A stretch of 61,820 bases of DNA, filler included, from Diploschistes diacapsis (GCA_023645945.1; 11 parts of 11 records of this genome joined end to end with filler, not necessarily neighbours in it), one strand, 5' to 3'. Positions 47,101 through 60,998 are shown, counted from the first letter of the whole stretch. Numbers and translations are program-made. The notes: generated from the sequence alone by a model not told the origin.

Positions 47101-48344
47101 CTCTAAATACCCAATTTGGAAGTTGAGAATCTACCGTGACTTCGGAGAAGCAGGGGTAGGCTCATGGCCCTCTCTTCAAATTGTGATGATTGTACAGCAT
47201 TGCAATGGCGGAGTCTAGTCTCTTCGCCATTGTCAAAGCTCTACTTTCGCAGCTTTTCTCACCACTTGTTGAAATGAAAACCTTACTACTAGCAATTTGA
47301 CAATACTAGATGTAATATAGAACGATTAGCCGCTAAAACGCTATGAAAGAAAGCCCAAGCCACCAATTGATGCCTTGTCGATCATTGTCGTAGACGCGTC
47401 GACGCGCTCTTGACGCGCTCCTCTGCCACTAGCTTCCAGCTTATTTGGATTCCTCCTCCTAAAAGACCGATCATTCAGATTCAACCCTCATTGACATGCC
47501 AAACACCCCACCCTCCTTCACTTCCCCTCCATCAAAAACAGCCCCCAGCTCAACCCCCAGCNNNNNNNNNNNNNNNNNNNNNNNNNNNNNNNNNNNNNNN
47601 NNNNNTTAATTAATTAANNNNNNNNNNNNNNNNNNNNNNNNNNNNNNNNNNNNNNNNNNNNCTTCCACGCTGCTCCCGCAACCGGCCTGCGGGGGCGGCA
47701 ACTCCAGCCCCGCGAAGCCGCAGCCGCCATGACGAGCACGAGACTTGGTAGAGCCACCGCGAGAGCTGGATCCCGGGACGAGTAGTGCTCATCATCCTGT
47801 CCCCGTTGTGGCTTCCTGTTGCTCCCACGTTCCCACAAGCTGATGCGCAGGCGGATGGGGAGAAGGGCATCGATTCGCATACACGTTATGCATACGCGCG
47901 GGCTTTCGGCTGTGCGTATTGTTGTTCTCATGTTCTTGCTGCGCATGGCGGATCGGGCCATTGGGGGAAGTATCGTGCTATCGGGACGTTGGGGGCCTTT
48001 GTGGGATTCGATGCATATCGAGATCAGGGTGAGGCTCTCGTCTGCATTGCATTAAAATCGGTGATTTACCTATGTATTATAAACTATGCTTGAACTGGGG
48101 AAGTTTTTAAATGATGCTGTATTGTTTTCTATGACAGATCCTCGACTGGAGGCGAAGCAGCTGAGGAACAGAAAACCGAAGCATCTGAGGGAAGCGTTGT
48201 GCTTGAAAGTTCGACGTGCCCACATCACCGACTGGATACGTGAGGGCGGTAATGACTGGACTTGGCAATACAAAAGAACGGAACAACAACGTAAGCTATG
48301 ATGCAAAGCTTTTAATGGAGAGCTTCGAATGCAAGTGCAAATAC

Positions 48345-50107
<1,763 letters not shown>

Positions 50108-50551
50108 ATTGCGGAGCTAGAGTGCAATACCGACATGAACAGTCACGAGGAAAAGAAAGAAAGTGTGGAAAGCATTGGGTATCTGAACGACGAAAGAGAG
50201 GTTCAGCAACCCTGCAATGCGCTCGCTGCGTAAGTCTAGATGTAGCTAGCGCCTTTTTTGGGGCCTTGGCAATAGACTAGTCCAAAGAAGTATATTAAAA
50301 TGCAATGCTCCTAGTAATTTTATCCCTTTTAAACATAGTTAAAAAGGCCTGAAGTATAATTATTTCACGTTTTTAGAGGCTTGTTTTAAGACGTTCGTAG
50401 GGCCTTGATTATTTTTATTCTTTTATTATATTTAAAAACAAAGCACGAGGCGTTAAGAGAAGTGAAGAACAAGAAAAGGGTAAAAAAATACGAAAATAAT
50501 ATCATGTGTCTGGCGACACATGATGTCGCCCTCCAAGTTCCTAAGCGAAGC

Positions 50552-50722
50552 TGTAACAGCGGGGGTAGTGCCTAATAGGTAGCGCTATCCCACTGAGCCA
50601 AAAGACTAACCACAATGCTTTCAGTAACCCCGAAGCACTGTTTCCCTATTACACTATATGTAGGTGCGTGGCTGTGGCAGCAGGGGGACCTGAACCCCGG
50701 TGCGCACACTACGGGCGTTACA
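50552..50722. mobile_element. 171-bp solo LTR with 5-bp target-site duplication GAAGC
   Basis: gaagc|TGTAAC...GTTACA|gaagc. A homologous empty site (single GCTTC, opposite orientation) lies at 41205-41209. Confidence 0.85.
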
Positions 50723-50751
50723 GAAGCAGTATGTAATAAATAAAAAATCTA

Positions 50752-50942
50752 GCCTTAAAAACTGGGTAGGTTATTGGGGGTTGCACCCCCAAATCCCTGC
50801 CTTTTTTTTATTATTATTGGGGATTGCATCCCCAAACCCCTGCTCCATAATTAAAGCTTAAAAAACTGGGTAGGTTTATTGGGGGTTGCACCCCCAAGCC
50901 CCTGCCTTTTTTATCCCCGAGGATTGCATCCTCAAACCCCTG
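50752..50942. repeat. Tandem array of four GC hairpin units arranged as two ~100-bp higher-order repeats
   Basis: Hairpins at 50776-50790, 50819-50833, 50881-50895 and 50919-50933, each followed by AAACCCCTG-like sequence. Confidence 0.85.
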
Positions 50943-51132
50943 TGTTACGATCCAAGTACCAGACTTGGCACGTCCCAGCTTTCTTGTATATAGGCCAGCC
51001 GGGGTGACGCGGGTCACGTGACTAATAGATGCCTAATAATAGATGTCTGTCGAGGACAGGTCTATTCGGACAGCTTTTTGTTAATAATAGCGCTGTCGCG
51101 ACAGCTTTGCTGTCGACGATTAACTATTATTT
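50943..51132. mobile_element. Probable LTR start (TGTTACG...) truncated by the contig end
   Basis: TGTTACGA start interrupts the hairpin array and grades into RIP-like sequence. The other end is not visible. Confidence 0.4.
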
Positions 51133-51232
51133 NNNNNNNNNNNNNNNNNNNNNNNNNNNNNNNNNNNNNNNNNNNNTTAATTAATTAANNNNNNNNNNNN
51201 NNNNNNNNNNNNNNNNNNNNNNNNNNNNNNNN

Positions 51233-51590
51233 ACGTATATTAAGTTTATAACGTTTCGTAAAGAAAACCGAAAATAAAAAACGCTTCTTAATAATCGTAA
51301 AAAACGTAAATCAAATAAACGAATCGAATTAAAAGATCGTTATATATTTAATATAACTAAACGAAATTTTTAAAATACTAACTCGAGTTAAATCGAGTCG
51401 AATAATTTCTAAACGATTTATAACGCGTAAAAAACATCGTCGCGTTTTTAAAATTAAGGAAAATAAAGAGAAGAAAGATAGATTTAATTTTAATCGATTA
51501 GATTTTAATTACGACGACCAGATTATATCTAAAAATCGTAAAATGTTGGCGGTAGTGATTTGAGGTGACCGGAATCCCCGTGAAACACGT
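51233..51590 (+). mobile_element. RIP-degraded Fot1/pogo-like transposon right end
   Basis: Ends ...GGTGACCGGAATCCCCGTGAAACACGT|TA. Its reverse complement resembles the left end at 36551-36580. Confidence 0.6.
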
Positions 51591-51970
51591 TAACTTATTA
51601 AAAATCTTTTATTATATTTTATAATAACTAGAAATTAGATTTGATTCGTTATTCGAGCGGGGTATTAGGTATAGTAACTATAATCGTATTATTAGATCAT
51701 GTATTATAAACTTGCTAATAGGTAACGTAGCCCTGAGCTACCATGACCAGAATAATGAGGGGTTTTTGGACCATGTCCTGTGCCCTGCAGTGTTCCAACC
51801 CCTTACAACGTAGCTTCAGTATGAATGAGGGCCTAGAAGAAGTGAGGTGATGCTGCCTTTCCACGACAAGACTCCCTCATTCGCACTTTACCCGTGTTGC
51901 GCGCCCATCTACGGCCTTACTCTCGGCCTGAACCCAGAAACGCTGTCCTGCGACGCCGTAGAGCTGGACA

Positions 51971-54142
51971 ATGGATCTAGTTTCGAGTTGTGCAAGTGTC
52001 GTGGCTGTCCTCACCGTCGCTGGGCAGTCCTGTTCCTTCCTCTTCCAATTATTACGTGATTTTCGCAATGCACCGAAAGAGATCTGTACACAGTGTAACC
52101 TACTCAAACATTTGCGTCATACCTTTAGCAATCTACACACTCTGTACGACGAGAACGGCGAAGCTCTAGGCCTATCTGAACATTTCCTGGAAAGACTGAG
52201 AATATGTCTTGCTGATTTGCAATGGGTAGAAGCGAAGATGTGCGGCTCCGACTCAATGCTTCTGGGCAGTCGACCCAAAAAAGCGTTGGCAAGAATGATA
52301 TGGTCACTTTCCTCTCACGATTGGCTTCATGAGTTCTTTGCTCGAGTCCGGCTTTACTACAGCGAATTTGGGCTCGATTTGATCGCAGCACAAATGTAAG
52401 ATCTCTTTGGGCCTAGAACATGCTTCTAATGATTCGAAGAAAACTTCAACTATCTTTACCTAAAATACTTGGCGTGGACAGAGCGAGCCTTACGGATTCC
52501 ATTCTCCAGCGACTTCTTTTGCCCAAAGAGGCAGCATGCTCCGCGGCTATTGATTCCAACATAGCAGCAGAGCCAGGCGTTCATAGGCCAAACGGAATAC
52601 TTTCGACAGCGCACGACACATCAGCCCGTTGGGGAAAGAATCAATCAACTTATTTTACAAAAACTCAAAGTGTCTGTCACCATAGCCGGGGGATTGAGGG
52701 CGTGGTCTTGCGTACAGGTTTTCTTTACCGTCGTTACGGGTCGACAAGCGGAGACTCTGATCGACATTATCAAAATCGCAAGTGTGGATTTGTATATGAG
52801 ATCCAAATCAAACTCTTTCTCTCCCGAACAAAGATGATAAGCTTGAATATCTCGAATTGCCTCCAGACTGGCCTAGCGTCTGGGCTTGTTTCGAGATTCA
52901 ATATATCTGTACCCCGGATAATCTCTCCAGCATCCAAGATCATGGGCTATTTCAAGACTGGTAATTTGCGCGCGGTGAAAGCCATGTTTCGAACCGGCGA
53001 GGCTGCTCCCTCTGATAGCTTGCCTGATGGCACAAGCCTGCTTCACGTAAGAACATTTGATGCCCACGCTACCAGATTGACTCCCTGATACGCCTCAGAT
53101 TGCCGCTTATCATGGTAGCCCAGACTTGATCAAGTTTTTGGTCTATCAGGGCGCTGATGTGGCTGCTGTTGATGCGGATGGAGAGTAAGTTGATCCATCA
53201 AAAGGCAAATCCAGAAGTTGCATCAAGCTAATCTATCCAAGTACACCCCTTCATATTGCAGCTACGCGGGGCAAATGCTATGATGCTGCGCGAATACTAA
53301 TGGACCATGGCAGCGACATCGAAAATTGGAATTATGGCGGAAAGACTCCTCTACATCATTTCATGAACCCGGTGATGCGCCGAATGTTACTTGTATGCGA
53401 TGCGCATGTGGATCTATTCAGCCAGGACTCGGATGGTATGACTATTTTACATTATCTCTCATGGTCTAGCCAGACCAGCCCTTCCGAGTTACAACGCCTT
53501 CTTAAAGGAGACACTACGAGCCTCTTGGTCCATGACAGCTTAGGGAGGTCTGTTCTGCACTTCGCAGCCGAACGGGGGAACAAGGGTTTGCTCCTGTACC
53601 TTATCAGTTTGGGCATCGGTGGGTGTTGCAATCTTATAGACTCGAACGGGGCGACCTTGCTACATTATGCGATGGAGAGTAAGCGCGTCGAGACAATCGA
53701 GCTTGTTCGCGGCTTGGCCAGCGATATACGTGCGAAGGACTATAGAGGGCGGTCAATCCTTCACTATGCATGCTGGCGGGGTAATACAGCGGCAGTTCAG
53801 CGAGTGGTGGAGCTTGGAGGCGCCGACCTTCTGTACGAAGCAGATGCCCGAGGCAAGACCCCGTTGCAATTTGCAGAGACAGCCGGCGCCGCTTCGATCC
53901 TTGAACTTGCTAAAACCCTAGGTACAACTCGCGCTCCAGACCCCGTCACATGCCAGCAAGAAAGTGCGGTGTCTCCCTCGAGTAATGTCAAGAAAGACTA
54001 CTTCGTTCGCACCGCTACACCAGATCCCCTCGACCCGCCAAACAGGGATCTTCGATACGCTCTCTTCACGCCGTTAAAAATAGTTTTTCTGGTTCTCGTG
54101 ATTGGCTGGCTTTTTCGCTCCTTCTCCACCTTCAGACAGTAG
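51971..54142 (+). CDS. HeLo-like N-terminal domain + ankyrin repeats + C-terminal transmembrane segment (4 exons)
   Basis: Exons 51971-52395, 52440-53046, 53099-53184, 53242-54142 splice in frame. N-terminus MDLVSSCASVVAVLTVA...FRNAPKEI is typical of fungal STAND N-terminal helical domains. About eight ankyrin motifs (SLLHIAA, TPLHIAA, TPLHH, TILHY, SVLHFAA, TLLHYA, SILHYAC, TPLQFA). Tail KIVFLVLVIGWLF. Confidence 0.85.
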
Positions 54143-54468
54143 CATTGTGGCACGACCTCTTCAATCGTCTAGTGGGCAGACCGAACCAGCATAGGAAATA
54201 GCCGCTATAGAATTACTTGCTAGTTGTTTAAGCACTGCTGGGAGTTATTTTTGCATTTATATTTATACATCTCTTGCGAATGTTAGCTTTTGTTAGCAAG
54301 AGTGAAGGCAGTCGATTTTCGATATCCTCTCACAAAACCTTTCCCCTCATATCAACCCACCTGAATTTCCCACATTTTTTTATTGATTATGCCAGCTGAA
54401 GCTGGATCACCCCAATATCCTTTTGTACATGATTACTGGCTGTAAACTTCCATTTAGGAAGAAATTTA

Positions 54469-54657
54469 CAGTCAGGTGCCAAAAGTAGTTGGGGCCCCCC
54501 CAATTCTCACCAAAATCGATCAACTTTATACCTAGATATCTTCCCCAACAACGTGCCAAATCGAAAATTTAAAACATTATAACGAACTTTAAGAACGTTA
54601 TATACAATGTAATGAATTTTTTAACTTTTTCCCTAAAGATTTAATATGTGGTTAAAC
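54469..54657 (+). mobile_element. Tc1/mariner (impala/mimp-like) element left end
   Basis: TA|CAGTCAGGTGCCAAAAGTAGTTGGGG terminus followed by AT-rich RIP-like sequence. Confidence 0.55.
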
Positions 54658-54698
54658 TAGGCTGGCCGTCACTGACACTGACACGGACACTGACAGTG
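54658..54698. mobile_element. hAT-like element end (same end as 33358-33477)
   Basis: TAGGCTGGCCGTCACTGACACTGACACGGACACTGACAGTG. Confidence 0.6.
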
Positions 54699-54798
54699 NN
54701 NNNNNNNNNNNNNNNNNNNNNNNNNNNNNNNNNNNNNNNNNNTTAATTAATTAANNNNNNNNNNNNNNNNNNNNNNNNNNNNNNNNNNNNNNNNNNNN

Positions 54799-54938
54799 CG
54801 TACTTTTACTATAATGTAGTGTCCGTGGAAGTATCCGTGTTTTAAAATTTTAACGGTAGTGTCCGTGGCAGTGTCGTGTTTTAAAAATTTTCTCGGTAGT
54901 GTCCGTGGAAGTGTCCGTGGCACGAAACGGCCAGCCTA
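54799..54938. mobile_element. hAT-like element, opposite end, with repeated GTGTCCGTGG subterminal motifs
   Basis: Ends ...CACGAAACGGCCAGCCTA. Several (GTA)GTGTCCGTGG(A/C)A repeats precede it. Confidence 0.6.
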
Positions 54939-57560
54939 CTATAGATTTAATAATATAATGAACTGATTTCATTATATCTTTATATATCGGCGGTAAGGCG
55001 GTTGCCGTTGTTGCATTTAATTTAGGCGTAATGGCCGAAGTAACGTTCGTAGAAACCGAAACATCGCGTTTAACGGAGTTATTATTAGGATATGTCGAGA
55101 TCTTTATTCTTGACTATCGTAGGCTCGCCGGCGTTATTCTAATGTCTCAGTATTTATCTTTAATTAAGTGGTTATATAATTTAGTCTTAAACGGCCATGA
55201 TTTCTTATAGCTCTTATATTTAACGTCCCTTTTAGGCTTAAAGTCGGATTAACTTACGTCGACGTTATAGTAATCTGAATTTTCTTTAGAGTTTATAGCA
55301 GATCTAGAAACATCGTGTCCGTCTTACTTGTATGAATCTTCCTCGTGTAGGCCTTAATAGTATGAATCTCCTTTATAGAAACCCTGGACGTAATTACTTA
55401 TATCTTTTTCTAAAGCCGAATCGCCAGCTTCTATATCTGCCCCTATTTCTTCTATACTGGTATTATAGGCTCGTACCGGTGCCTTATTATTAAAGGAAGC
55501 CTGATTATTGTAATTAAACTTCCCATAATTGCTGTAACCGCCGATTAATGCTGCCGCGTTTGGCGCGGTAATGTTGAGCTATTAGCGTCCACCGGGCAGG
55601 AGTTTTATAAATATTTACAAACCTTAAGGTTATATAATTGAAATAAAGTTAGCATTATTCTAATAAAAAAAAGATTGATTTAAAAAAGAAGAGTAAGATA
55701 TAAGAAAATTATAACGAGCTTAAAAAGAACGTAAGAAATATAAAGGAAGTTGTCCATATTTTTTATTATAAGAATTTAGACCTGGATTATTCTAGATATA
55801 ATATAAATATTATACTATTATTAATATCCATACGGCATCTTCTGGTTAAACTTATTATATTAACCTATATATGACTATATCGGAAGTCGATAAGGCGGTC
55901 CTCGCTGTTAATTCGGATTCTATAGCGATTATAGAAATTAACGGCGAGACAATTGTTACGCGTCTCGACTCCTATAAGATTAAAGACCTTAAGTATTAGA
56001 CCAAACTTCTTTAATATTTCGTATAATATTAAAGAAATTAATTTATTTTAGTTTATTATCCTTCGATATCCGTATGTCGCGACGTAATTGACTATCTAAA
56101 TATTAATAAATCATAAATGCTTACGAACGTTCATCCGATATAATACCAATATGTATTATTAAGTGCTTAAATTCAGAAAGGAAGTTTAACGGGTTTTTAT
56201 TATTTCGTATATCTATAATCTTAAATCGTAAATCCTTTAACGAAGCTAGTGCCCGATCGGATAATAATTTGAATCTAATCTCTAGCTTATCACATTAAAT
56301 ATCGACATCGATACCCCGAAGCCCGATTTTTCTAATTTTATCTAGCTCTTCTATATATTACCTAGTAACAGCGCCGAGTAGGGAGGTCTTAAGGTTCTAT
56401 ATTAGAAACTCATTCGATTCCGTTATTAATTTCGCTCGAATCTTCTTTTTAAACGCATATAAATCGTAATAGATATTATATTTATTCTTAACTTCTATTA
56501 CGGGGGCGTTTTAATCTAAATCGAAATAATTTACCGTTCTAGCATCAAATTGTCGCTTATTAAAATTAATTGCCAATTTTTCTATTAAAAGGGATGAAAA
56601 GGTTTCTCGCTGGCGTCGTGTATTTGGATCGCGATCACGATCTGAATTCCGTTCACGTTCATCTCGTTCCCGGTTCAACTTCTGTTTTAATTTAATAAAT
56701 AACGCGTCTATAACTTGCGATAACTCGTCCTTCTAAACGATCGTGAAGGCTAAACTTCCTTTTAATTCAAGTATTTTAGAAGTTGCTTTATTTAGTATAA
56801 TTTGTTTTGTCAGCGTTATTTTAATTATATTTTCTTTTAAAAGTATCGAAGGCTTTACCGCCCTAAAAGGTTGTAAAAGTTGATAATTTATTAATTCGTT
56901 AGATGTATTACGAGATTACGACCGCGGGTGTTTATATCTAAAACCAGGTCTGATCTTCGGAAGGAATTCTTCTAGAATTTTATTTTAATAGTCCCTTATA
57001 AATGCTCTGAGTTCTATAGATATAAGTGTCGGATCTGCAATCCAATTTAAGGGAAATGGCTGGAATGATGGGTGGGCCGAAGAAGATTTGGCCTTAGTAT
57101 TAAATCTAATCTATCGTTGTTATTTTAAGACGTATCTCTTTTTGAATTCCCGTTTGAGCTACTCGATATTTAACGGCGGTTCATAGTTTTTTAAAACCCA
57201 GCGTATAGTTTCGTCGTAGAATTCTAGACTAAAGACGTCGTTCTCATTTTTTAAATAAAATCGAAGCTTTATTACTTTCTAAACTATTATATCGTGATTA
57301 TTTACTCTTCTTGAACCCGGTATAGGTAATTCTAACTTTCTTAAGGTCGAGAGAAAGCTACTTTCCCGATCGTAACTGGCATGGTCTTCTCGCTTAATCT
57401 TTAATCTGCCGAAGAAATTTTATAATTAACTAGACTCTGAAAATATTATCAAGAAAATTAACTGATATGATAAAGGAAGAGTGTAAGATAGCCAATCTAA
57501 ACAATTAGTTAAAAAAGTGGGCGAGATGTTTAAATATTAGATCTAAATGTTATTTAATTA
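54939..57560 (-). mobile_element. RIP-degraded fungal Gypsy-type gag region
   Basis: Minus strand 56170-56560 reads VNYFDLD*...YYDLYAF...*NLKTSLLGAVTR*YIEELD...GLR...*CDKLEIRFK, which matches the GYFDP / NL.T.L.G.A..WY.EEL gag motifs once RIP is reversed. Near 55150-55225, YKSYKKSWPFKTKLYNHL is a mutated CxxC...LHxHL finger. Confidence 0.7.
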
Positions 57561-57684
57561 TTATCTAATCATTTGAAGGGAAAGAAATAAAATTTTTATA
57601 GCAAAGAGCAATGAGGGGCTGGAATGAGGGGGGAAAAGCAAGTTCTTTAAAGTCCGAGTTCCAGAACAAAATTCTGGTCCAATC

Positions 57685-58263
57685 TGTTGGACTGGGTAAA
57701 GAATTAAATTTTACTAATACTAACTAGTACTGGGACAAAAGGGATCTAAAATCACGTATCGTTGTTATCAAATTAGTAAAGAAACTTATTATAAAAGTAA
57801 AAATTAATTCTATAATTAAGATAGAGCGAAAATCTACTTCAATACAGTAGATGCCAAGTAGTATCGTTATAGATGCCGCTTGTTGCAGCGAGGTCGGCAC
57901 CACCTGCCGCCAGCAATACCAAGCGATCCACCAGCAAGCCCAGCAACTACTACAAAATTCGTTTTATAATAATTAATCTCGATATTCAAACGAAATATAA
58001 TATTATTAACGAGAAGTTCGTAATTAAAACGTAACTTATACGATTATAAAACGTAAATCTATCGTAGCTAAAATTTATAAACGGATATAAATGTAACAGA
58101 TAGCTGTGACAGTCCTCCGGGCGAGCGGAGGAACTCAGTCCTAGCGCCGCGCCAAGGCCGCTGGTCATAAGAGGAGTTTTTACAGAGGGATCTCCTCTTT
58201 TCTTCTCTAGAGATTAGTTCATGAATACTATAACCATTATTATCACACTACTGCATTTTATCC
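57685..58263. mobile_element. Stack of probable LTR fragments
   Basis: TGTTGG start at 57685; TGTTGCA...TGTAACA unit at 57881-58098; TGTGAC start at 58105. No target-site duplication confirmed. Confidence 0.4.
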
Positions 58264-59332
58264 NNNNNNNNNNNNNNNNNNNNNNNNNNNNNNNNNNNNN
58301 NNNNNNNTTAATTAATTAANNNNNNNNNNNNNNNNNNNNNNNNNNNNNNNNNNNNNNNNNNNNAGGGGGCGGCGAGGCAGCAGGCGTCGGGGCGGGCGAG
58401 GGGGCAACACCACGAGCCAGAGCGGCGGAGATGGCGTCGTAAAGCATGAGGTCTTCAAAACCCAGCTCATCGTTGTCGACGACCACATCGAACGTGGCCG
58501 CGGCGGCGGCAGGGAAGGCGGCAGGGCGCGCAGGGCGAGCAGGGCGAACAGGGCGAGCAAACAACGACGCGTCCATCGCATCTAAAAAAAATTAGAAAGT
58601 TAAGATCAGGAACAAGAAAAAAAGCATGTAATCGATCGTTAAATAAACAAATGTAACTGGAGGGAACGCTAGTTCCACAGATACTTATGGCTGCATACAA
58701 ATTAATATGACTGAGAAAGTATCTTGAGAACCAGGGTACTTATCATGTAATTTATATGTACAGTAGGCAGAATAAGACTTGCCGAGAGACTGCGGAGGTT
58801 TCTTCTTCCTCCTGCTCCGCTCAGCAGGCAGCTCACTTTTGCCATACTTTACGTAGACTGCCCCCCTTATATCTCTAGCGAACTTTTCGCGCAAAACCAT
58901 TCGAAGTAGTTTACGGCTGACCGACAAAGACAGCGGTAGGGGCAATTGTCAGATGGGAGCGGTGTCAGCGGGCAGGTCTCTGCCCTGTCTGGCAACAATA
59001 AGATGCTGGCGTCTACGATGGCTCGGCCCATCTCATTGATGTATGGGGGTGTTCGATGCATCATATGACTCAACGGTCGCCTTTATCTGCATAGCTCAAG
59101 CAAGTCAGCAAAGTGGGAAGCTGGTAGAGGTAGGTAACTTCGTTACGACTATCTAATATGTTACTCACTGATAGCGTAGAGGTCATCACTATATTGATGA
59201 GTGCGCGTTCAATATACTGAGTGAGATAGCTGTCATTAATCGTTCTGTGTTTGGTGCGTTGCAAAGGCTTCCCTGCCCTAGGTTCGCATCCACCTTGCGA
59301 GTCTTTGCGCCAGTCCAAAGGCATACCAAACC

Positions 59333-60998
59333 TCAAACTGCCGCAAGCTCTCGTTTCTCTTCCTTTCTGCCGGCCTGCTCGAGGAACTCCTTCACCATAC
59401 CCGTGTAGTCTCTGGGCATGTACGGTTTAAACCACTCCTCTTTCCACGCTGTAAAGCCCCACCACGACTTCGGCGCACGCATCCGTTTCCTATCCACCCG
59501 CAATCCCATGTCGCGCATTCATGCGGTCAGTATAGTCCTGGATCTTCATCGCTGCATCTGGAACCTCCTTCCGACCCAGATACCGCTTCTCCATGAACGC
59601 GTTCATAGTCGCTACGTCTGCGTCCATCTTGTCTCTATTTGCGAGCACATCTCCGACAGGCGTGTTCTAGAGCTTTCCAGACAGGTACGATACGGCCCAA
59701 AGCGCAGAAATCTCGGCATGCGTAGAAACCTAATTGTTGGAAACTAAGCCAACGGAGGCGAGAGAGTTGTCATGAGTCGCAGCAAGTCTCGTAGGGGCAA
59801 TCGTGCGGAAGAGACGATATGGCGTTGTCTCACGGGGCGGCGGCGAGCGGGGAGGCGTACGCAGCATAGGGTAAAGGTTCAGGACGGTTTGGTCTGCAGC
59901 CTTCTGGAGCCCTTGCCAATGAGATGCTTCTGACTGTTGCTCGTCGCTTATGGCAACGGGCAGGCCCAATTCAGCAGCTGTATCGGTATCAAAGACTGAG
60001 TTGTGTGAAGGATGCCAGCCTGTCGCGAAGATGATGGCATCGGCTGGAAGGTTTCGTCCGTCTGAGATCTGCACTGAATCCTCGCTGATGGAGGTGATAG
60101 CCTCGCGGTATATGTGAACTAGTTTCCCCTCGTCGACAAAGTCTCATGAGCTCCTTTTCGGTATCGTGCATGAACGAGACACCACTAGTTGACCAGAAGA
60201 AGCTAGGAACACCGAAAAATTAGTCATGATCTTGACTGCGTGAGTCACACATTTGGAGAGAACATTGAACACTTACTCTTTGGTCTCTGGATTCAAGAGC
60301 TTCTTATTACCTTCGACGGACTCGTATCTCTTCAGCATCATTTTGGTCATCAACTTCCAAAAACACTTGCAGATCCAAACGCCAATTGGGTACTCGCCGC
60401 TGTAAAAGAAACGGTGTATCCATGGCCGAGCTGCGTAGATGCCTGGTCTAAATACACTTGACCAGCGGGAGGCACCCTGGGCCGCACGGTATTGCCCACT
60501 GTCGGTGCGTGTAGTGAACAGTATCCCTGGTCCCTTTCCATCTCTTCGGATGAGCCAGGCGACTGTCTTGCCTGCTATGGTACACAAATTCATTGCTTCG
60601 ACTGCTGACTTGTTGCCCTCAATAACCGTGACATTGTTGACAGCGGGTAACGTGAGGCGCTCGCATCTCCAGCACTCGAAATTTCCGGGCAAAGTGTTCT
60701 AAATACTGCCGTACCGTTTTTGCAAGGATGTCTGCCCATTCCTCTACTTCAAGCTCCTGGGCCATGCGTAACTCCGATGACTCGAACAATCCTGTTGGGA
60801 CTGTCCGCTATGAGACCAGGGTAGATGCGTGAAGCGCTCTAAATTCCGCCGATACTGCTGTCGGCATCGAGCATTACTAGATTGATGGACGGATCGAAAC
60901 TCGAGATAAGTTTTGGCGGCTACAATACCGTACCATCCCGCACCGATGACCACTACCGATGTAGACGAGGGCGGCTGCTCTGCGGTAGAGTCAGACAT
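59333..60998 (-). pseudogene. Flavin-containing monooxygenase (FMO-like) pseudogene
   Basis: VVVIGAGWYGIVAAKTYL, then a frameshift at ~60897 to DPSINLVMLDADSSIGGI*SASRIYPGL (TAG at 60839-60841). Second dinucleotide motif VTVIEGNKSA; DAIIFATGW; PYRLFR.IAP; C-terminal RDMGL...EEWFKPYMPRDY. Confidence 0.85.

Noticed and set aside
50575..50700. tRNA gene
   Set aside because: The A-box-like and B-box-like motifs are in the wrong order, there is no acceptor or anticodon stem, and the sequence lies inside a solo LTR.
50752..50942. CRISPR-like palindromic repeats with spacers
   Set aside because: Eukaryotic context, the spacers are themselves duplicated or low-complexity, and there are no cas genes.
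54658..54938. A single complete hAT-like element spanning the linker
   Set aside because: The two ends are on different contigs and their flanks (GGTTAAAC vs CTATAGAT) are not a duplication, so the adjacency is coincidental.
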